A stretch of 64,000 bases of DNA from an uncultured Acidimicrobiaceae bacterium (GTDB taxonomy: Bacteria; Actinomycetota; Acidimicrobiia; Acidimicrobiales; Bog-793): positions 41,939-105,938 of the forward strand of contig CAWDDW010000001.1 in assembly GCA_963801185.1 (NCBI GenBank). The letters are read 5' to 3'. Of this stretch, positions 58,846 through 64,000 are shown one piece after another. The first letter of the stretch is position 1. Every line of letters begins with the position of its first letter. Position numbers and translations under genes: made by a program. The notes under the pieces are model-generated. The model did no database searches and had not been told where the DNA came from. It saw only the letters and a program-made list of their open reading frames with translations.

Positions 58846-59796
58846 ATGAGTTTAAATGTGGGGAGACGGTGGTCAAGGGCTGAGCGGCAACCTGAGACAC
58901 CGGTATCGCTCGACAAGCTTTCCCTGAATGCGATCATACCGACCTGGTGCGAGGAGGACATTATCGCTTCAACTGTCGCGAACGCTTTCACGCAGGGTTG
59001 CCAACGCGTCTTCATCGTTGATAATGACAGTCCTGACGGCACAACTGCGGAAGCGAGGAAGGCCGGGGCCGAGATCGCGTGCGTCTACCATACGGAGTAC
59101 TGGCTGGAGTCTCGGAAGAGGGCCGAGATTGTTGAGGTAATGCAGGCTGCGTGGAGAGACAGCGGGGCAGACCACGTTTGGTGGATGCTGTGCGACGCTG
59201 ACGAGTTTCCGCACGGTCCCCAAGGACTCACCATCGCCGAGTACCTCTCAACTCTCGATCGCCGCTTTCGAGTAGTCGGCGCTCGCGTCTTCAATCACTT
59301 CCCGTCGGGTGAACCCGCGAACGTCCCCGGGCGCCATCCTCTGGAGTTTCAACCGCTGTGTCAGGAGGTGAGAGTGGCCTGGTGTTCGCTGCGCCATTGG
59401 AAGCATCCACTCATCCGTTGGGACGCTGACGGCATTCCAATCTGGCCAAAGTTCGGGTTTCACAGCGTCGAGGCGAACGCTCGCGTGATCGAACCGGTTG
59501 AGGGCATCTATCTTCACCACTTTCAGTACCGCGAGCGAGATGCCACCGTGGAGCGACTTCGGAACCTGTGCGGAGCGCGGGGTGAGGAGCCTGCTCGCTC
59601 TTCGGTAATCGACTCATGGGGTCGGGTGGGCTCGGATGCGCAGGCGCGATACGCAAACCTCGAGGATCTCTACGCAGGTCGGTGGACTCAGGTCGAGCGG
59701 CCGACGGTCTGGGGGCGGAAACGGGGTGTCCAACCAAGGCCTTGGAAGGACCAAGTGCCGGCGATCGATGTCGCCGTGGCGAAGTGGTACATCTAG
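58846..59796 (+). CDS. Glycosyltransferase, GT2-like (GT-A fold)
   Basis: 'LNAIIPTWCEEDIIASTVANAFTQGCQRVFIVDNDSPDGT' and the DxD-like 'CDADEF'. ATG 58846 is proposed as the start. The subfamily is uncertain. Confidence 0.6.
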   Translation: MSLNVGRRWSRAERQPETPVSLDKLSLNAIIPTWCEEDIIASTVANAFTQGCQRVFIVDNDSPDGTTAEARKAGAEIACVYHTEYWLESRKRAEIVEVMQAAWRDSGADHVWWMLCDADEFPHGPQGLTIAEYLSTLDRRFRVVGARVFNHFPSGEPANVPGRHPLEFQPLCQEVRVAWCSLRHWKHPLIRWDADGIPIWPKFGFHSVEANARVIEPVEGIYLHHFQYRERDATVERLRNLCGARGEEPARSSVIDSWGRVGSDAQARYANLEDLYAGRWTQVERPTVWGRKRGVQPRPWKDQVPAIDVAVAKWYI

Positions 59797-60117
59797 GTGT
59801 AGGGCGAGTCCCGCATGTGCCTGTTCTCAGCGATCGCTGGTCTTCTCCAGGATGGGATCGGAACTTTCGGCACAGCGGCGACCTCTGACGATGCGCTTCG
59901 CGTGACCCAGATACCTCTCTCCGATTCAAGCAGGCGATCCTCGATCTCTCGTTGTTTGCGTCGATAGGGCTTGTTGGGTCCGGTGGATAGCGCCCGTGCA
60001 GAGAAGTAGGATGACTACTGATGCGAGGGAGCGGAGTGGTCCTGGGCGGCGATTCCGTGGCGGCCCCCGATGCGAAGTCGACAGTTCGGCTACCACTTAC
60101 AACCGGCTCCTTGATTC

Positions 60118-60729
60118 ATGAGAGTTCTCTTGAGTAGCTCACCAGCACGCCGGGACGGATTGACGCTCACACGGCGAAGTGGCTTCTCGCGCCCCGGAAT
60201 TCTCCTCGATCGGGACGGCACGATCATCGTCGACCATGGATACGTCGGCTCGGTCGAACGCGTGGAGTTCATCCAGGGGGCACCGGAAGCGATCGCTGAG
60301 TTCAATCGGGCCAAGATCCCAGTCGCTGTAGTGACGAATCAGGCCGGTGTCGCCCGAGGGTTGTACGGCCTCGACGACGTCGAGCTGGTGCACGACCACA
60401 TCGCCGACCACCTGGCTCAGCACGGGGCGCACGTCGACCTGTTCCTCTACTGTCCGTACCATCCCGACGGGATCGTGGAGGCCTTTGCTCGCTCGAGCGA
60501 GGATCGTAAACCTAGGCCGGGCATGGCCAAGGCTGCGGCTGAGGCGCTCAACCTGGATCTCAGCTCGTCCTGGGTCGTCGGTGATCGACCGGAGGATATA
60601 GGGCTCGCGGCCGCCGTGGGAGCGTCAGCGATCTATATAGGACATGGCGTCGAAACGCGTGCTGGTGTCTGGTCGTTTCCGAGCCTTGCCGCTGCGGCTT
60701 CGTTCATCCTGGAGCGAATCTCGCTATGA
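60118..60729 (+). CDS. gmhB: D-glycero-D-manno-heptose 1,7-bisphosphate phosphatase (HAD-IIIA)
   Basis: 'ILLDRDGTIIVDHGYV', 'VVTNQAGVARG', 'CPYHP..........RKPRPGM', 'SWVVGDRPEDI'. Confidence 0.8.
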   Translation: MRVLLSSSPARRDGLTLTRRSGFSRPGILLDRDGTIIVDHGYVGSVERVEFIQGAPEAIAEFNRAKIPVAVVTNQAGVARGLYGLDDVELVHDHIADHLAQHGAHVDLFLYCPYHPDGIVEAFARSSEDRKPRPGMAKAAAEALNLDLSSSWVVGDRPEDIGLAAAVGASAIYIGHGVETRAGVWSFPSLAAAASFILERISL

Positions 60730-61400
60730 GCTCCCACCGCGATTCCCGGACCCCTGTTCCACCGGCCCTGCGCACGCCACCGAAGTTCCCCATCAGGCGC
60801 TATGACAGCGCGGGCTCGTACCTCGACGAATACATCAAGGAGTCCGCCCGGGCGGCAAGCTCGATCGCACCGGTAGAGCTCGACCGGGCTGCTGCGATCC
60901 TGCTCGAGGCGTACGCGCGCTGTACTGGCGTCTTCTCGTGCGGGAATGGGGGATCGGCGTCGATCGCGAACCACCTTCAGTGCGACCACTTGAAGGGGAT
61001 ACGGACGGAGACGGACCTGTCGCCCCGCGTCGTAAGCCTTAGCAGCAACATCGAGCTCCTGACCGCGATCGCGAATGACATCACCTTCGAAGACGTCTTC
61101 GTATACCAGCTGCAGTCGCAGTCCCGGCCAGGCGACGTGCTCGTCGCCATCTCGTCATCGGGTCGCTCGCCGAACATCGTCCGGGCCCTTGCGTGGGCAC
61201 GCGATCACGACCTCCGCACGATCGCCCTCACCGGCTTCGACGGAGGGGATGCCAAGGCGTTGGCAGAGGTCTCCATCCATGTCGACTGCGCAAACTACGG
61301 CGTCGTCGAGGACATGCACCAGGCCGTCATGCACGCTTTGGCACAGTACATCCGGCAGTCGCGTATGACGGTGGACGTAATCTCGTCAACTACATTCTGA
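60726..61400 (+). CDS. gmhA: Phosphoheptose (sedoheptulose-7-phosphate) isomerase, SIS domain
   Basis: 'FSCGNGGSASIANHLQCD', 'GDVLVAISSSGRSPNIVRAL', 'LTGFDGG', 'EDMHQAVMH'. It overlaps gmhB by 4 nt. Confidence 0.8.
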   Translation: MSSHRDSRTPVPPALRTPPKFPIRRYDSAGSYLDEYIKESARAASSIAPVELDRAAAILLEAYARCTGVFSCGNGGSASIANHLQCDHLKGIRTETDLSPRVVSLSSNIELLTAIANDITFEDVFVYQLQSQSRPGDVLVAISSSGRSPNIVRALAWARDHDLRTIALTGFDGGDAKALAEVSIHVDCANYGVVEDMHQAVMHALAQYIRQSRMTVDVISSTTF

Positions 61401-61484
61401 ATCATGGCAGCCGCAGAGGCGGAGCGAGGTGTGACGCAAGGTCACCGCGCTCCCATGATTCCGGAGCGAAGTCGGCAGGATCAC

Positions 61485-62633
61485 ATGCGCGTGGCGATCA
61501 ACCTGTTGACCGACGACCCGGCCAACCCCTCGGGTGCCCACTGGTTCTGGACCCGCGTGATACCCGAGATGGCGGGGCGCCTCGAGTCCGGTGAAGAGCT
61601 GCACCTGCTCGTGAGCCCGAAGTCGCGGCACCTGCACCAGGACTACGGGCCGAATGTCTCATTCATCACCTATCCGTGGTCGAACGAACGGCGCAACCTG
61701 CGTACGCTCAGCGAGCACCTCTACTCGCCCGTGCGATTGCCGCTCAGTCACATCGACGTCCTCAACACCCTGATGGCACCGCTTGTGAACCCCACTTGGT
61801 CGCTCGTCATCCACATGAAGACGATGCACGCTTTCACAGCTCCCGATTCGGTCGCGCCATTGGCTCGCGCCTATCGTCGAATGAACTACCCCCGCTCCGC
61901 CCGACTCGCGGACGCGATCATCATCAACTCAATGAGCTTGCGCTCCGAGATCGACCAGTATCTGCGGGTGGACCCTCGCAAGCTTCGGCTGATCTATGAG
62001 GCGGTCGACCACGACCTTTTCAAGCAGGGCGACGCGTCTGCGGCTCGCGCCCTCGTGGCATCAGCCGGCGTCACGAAGCCATTCGTCCTCTTCGTTTCCT
62101 CGCTCTGGCCGTACAAGAATTGTGACGGGTTGCTTCGGGCCTGGGCTCGAGCCAGGGACGGTCTCGGCGACCGTCAACTGGCGATAGTCGGTCCGGGACG
62201 TGACGAAAAGTATGTCGCTCAGCTGCACGCTCTTGCCGAGGAGCTCGGAATCTCAAGCGATGTCGTGTGGGTAGGGGGCGTCCCCCTCGAGGAGACCGCC
62301 CGCTTCTACCAAGCGGCCGACGTCTTCGTGTATCCCTCATTCACCGAGACCTTTGGGCTTCCAATCCTTGAGGCAATGGCATGCGGCTGCCCGGTCGTGA
62401 CCTCAGACAGGAGCGCCATGCCGGAGATCGCCGGTGGAGCGGCAGTCCTCTCCGACCCCACTGATCCGGCCTCCATCGCCCGCGCGATCGTCGATGCGGT
62501 CGGGTCTGGAGCTGGGCGCCTGCGCGAGCAGGGACTCAAGCGGGCCCGCGAATTCACATGGAGTGCGACTGCCGCCTCCACCCTGGACGTATACCGCGAG
62601 GTCGCCGAGCGCCGGCGGGCTCGAGCTCGATGA
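61485..62633 (+). CDS. Glycosyltransferase family 4
   Basis: 'MRVAINLLTD', 'PFVLFVSSLWPYKN', and the EX7E region 'ETFGLPILEAMACGCPVVTSDRSAMPEIAGGAAVL'. Confidence 0.8.
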   Translation: MRVAINLLTDDPANPSGAHWFWTRVIPEMAGRLESGEELHLLVSPKSRHLHQDYGPNVSFITYPWSNERRNLRTLSEHLYSPVRLPLSHIDVLNTLMAPLVNPTWSLVIHMKTMHAFTAPDSVAPLARAYRRMNYPRSARLADAIIINSMSLRSEIDQYLRVDPRKLRLIYEAVDHDLFKQGDASAARALVASAGVTKPFVLFVSSLWPYKNCDGLLRAWARARDGLGDRQLAIVGPGRDEKYVAQLHALAEELGISSDVVWVGGVPLEETARFYQAADVFVYPSFTETFGLPILEAMACGCPVVTSDRSAMPEIAGGAAVLSDPTDPASIARAIVDAVGSGAGRLREQGLKRAREFTWSATAASTLDVYREVAERRRARAR

Positions 62634-63742
62634 AGATCCTCGTCACCGGGGGCGCTGGGTTCATCGGCTCACACACGTGCGACCGGTTGCTCGCGCTCGG
62701 GCACGACGTATTCGTCCTCGACGCCCTCACTCCGCCGGTCCACCGGGGCGGCGCGCCCGCGTACCTCAGCCGGGAGGTCGAGTTCTACGAGGGCGACGTC
62801 TGCAACCGAGACCTCGTGAGGAACCTCCTTCGCCGCGTCGACGCCGTCTACCACTTCGCCGCCCACCAGGACTATCTGCCCGACTTCTCACGATTCTCCG
62901 ACGTGAACGTCGTCTCGACAGCCCTGCTCTACGAGATCATCGTCGCCGAGCGCCTCGATCTGGCCCGCGTCGTGGTGGCCTCATCGCAGGCGGCCATGGG
63001 TGAAGGGCTCTACCGGTGCGTGATCGACGGTGAACAGCTCCCCGGTATGCGCCCTGAGACGGCTCTAGCAGCGGGTCAATGGGACATTCCTTGCCCCGCG
63101 TGCGGCGGACCTCTCGAGATGGAGTCGACACCGGAACGAGTATCCAATCCGCAGAACGCGTACGGCATGTCGAAGCTCGGCGAGGAGATGGTCGCCGTCA
63201 ATCTCGGGCGCCGCTACGGTATCCCGACCGTCGCCCTCCGCTACAGCATCGTCCAAGGCCCGCGCCAGTCAGTCTTCAACGCCTACTCGGGCGCCTGTCG
63301 CATCTTCTGCTTGAGTTACTTGCAGGGCGTGGCTCCGACCCTCTACGAAGACGGTGCGGCGATCCGGGACTACGTCAATATCGACGACGTGGTGGACGCC
63401 AATATTCTTGTCTTGGAGGACGACCGCGCCACCGGGCGGGTCTTCAACGTCGGAGGCGGCCAGCCGGTCACGACCCGCGAATTCGCGGACATCGTGATGC
63501 ACCAGTACGGCTCAGGCCAGCAGGGCATGGTGACGGGTGAGTATCGCTTCGGCGACACGCGCCACATACTCTCCGACATCGCTGCCCTCGGTTCCCTCGG
63601 GTGGACGCCGCGGCGCACTCCTGTGGAATCGGTGGCCGCATACGCAGCCTGGCTCGACGGCATCCAAGGCCTTGATGGGGTCCTGGCCGAGGCGAACGCC
63701 CAGATGCGAGCCCTTGGGGTCGTCCGGAAGGCCGGAGGGTGA
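62630..63742 (+). CDS. NAD-dependent nucleotide-sugar epimerase/dehydratase (extended SDR)
   Basis: 'MKILVTGGAGFIGSH', catalytic 'YGMSKLGEE' (YxxxK), and an unusual insert containing 'CPACGG'. ATGA overlap with the upstream stop. Confidence 0.8.
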   Translation: MKILVTGGAGFIGSHTCDRLLALGHDVFVLDALTPPVHRGGAPAYLSREVEFYEGDVCNRDLVRNLLRRVDAVYHFAAHQDYLPDFSRFSDVNVVSTALLYEIIVAERLDLARVVVASSQAAMGEGLYRCVIDGEQLPGMRPETALAAGQWDIPCPACGGPLEMESTPERVSNPQNAYGMSKLGEEMVAVNLGRRYGIPTVALRYSIVQGPRQSVFNAYSGACRIFCLSYLQGVAPTLYEDGAAIRDYVNIDDVVDANILVLEDDRATGRVFNVGGGQPVTTREFADIVMHQYGSGQQGMVTGEYRFGDTRHILSDIAALGSLGWTPRRTPVESVAAYAAWLDGIQGLDGVLAEANAQMRALGVVRKAGG

Positions 63743-64000
63743 AGGCCTTCCTCCTCGCGGCCGGGGTCGGCAGCCGCCTGAGGCCGATCACCGACACGAT
63801 CCCGAAGTGTATGCTGCCGATCGGCGACCGACCCTTGCTCGACATCTGGTTGGACGCCTTTGAGCACTCGGGCGTCGACGAGGTTCTCGTCAACCTTCAC
63901 CACTTACCGGGCGTCGTAGAGCGCCATATCGGCGCGCGCAGTTCACCCCCGGCGGTCCGGACGTTCTTCGAGCCGGAGCTGCTCGGCAGCGCCGGCACTC
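63739..64000 (+). CDS. Sugar-phosphate nucleotidyltransferase (HddC / mannose-1-phosphate guanylyltransferase-like); 3' end lies outside the window
   Basis: GTG 63739 overlaps the epimerase stop (GTGA). I translated it myself: 'VKAFLLAAGVGSRLRPITDTIPKCMLPIGDRPLLDIWLDAFEHSGVDEVLVNLHH..', which carries the G-x-G-x-R-L-x-P-x-T motif. It is not in the ORF track because no stop falls before the window end. Confidence 0.75.
   Translation, partial: MKAFLLAAGVGSRLRPITDTIPKCMLPIGDRPLLDIWLDAFEHSGVDEVLVNLHHLPGVVERHIGARSSPPAVRTFFEPELLGSAGT

Overview
This is a high-GC, actinobacterial-type chromosome segment. Spot counts on single 60-nt lines range from 49/60 GC on the left to 26/60 in the lowest patch on the right.

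Left part (1-28.5 kb): a conserved housekeeping backbone in the order I recall from mycobacteria.
- ANTAR response regulator (pdtaR-like, 5'-truncated), an FtsX/ABC exporter pair, a DtxR-family repressor, polA and rpsA.
- An inserted block follows. It holds a five-gene Opp-type peptide ABC importer on the minus strand and an envelope-glycoconjugate gene set (two GT-C-like membrane proteins, FAD oxidoreductase, GT4, acyltransferase-3/SGNH).
- The backbone then resumes with coaE, a DUF1707 protein, uvrB, uvrA and a VOC/glyoxalase protein.

Right part (28.5 kb to beyond 64 kb): a large Wzx/Wzy-type surface-polysaccharide locus.
- Core machinery: initiating phosphoglycosyltransferase, Wzx flippase, Wzy-like polymerase, two PCP/Wzz-like proteins, and four glycosyltransferases (three GT4, one GT2-like).
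- Precursor genes: an AlgD-like nucleotide-sugar 6-dehydrogenase and GDP-heptose pathway genes (gmhB, gmhA, epimerase, nucleotidyltransferase).
- Two poorly understood modules: AsnB-like amidotransferase + bi-domain oxidoreductase + heparinase II/III-like protein, and methyltransferase + ATP-grasp + tandem alpha/beta hydrolase.
- Accessory genes: a 918-aa secreted beta-helix protein, and a CDP-alcohol phosphatidyltransferase next to a truncated LicC-like fragment.

An intact 1,424-bp ISL3-family IS with a perfect 8-bp target duplication sits at 46.67-48.10 kb, where GC content drops.

The most pervasive signal is technical. Eleven single-base frame breaks occur in nine otherwise intact conserved genes, including uvrA and uvrB, all left of 43.7 kb. 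These are most likely assembly indels rather than biology.

I recognised no rRNA, tRNA or CRISPR array. No recognisable defence or toxin system was seen. The best candidates for new biology are the uncharacterised polysaccharide-modification modules and the two PCP-like proteins with degenerate kinase-like domains.

All family calls are from reading motifs by eye. Nothing was searched.
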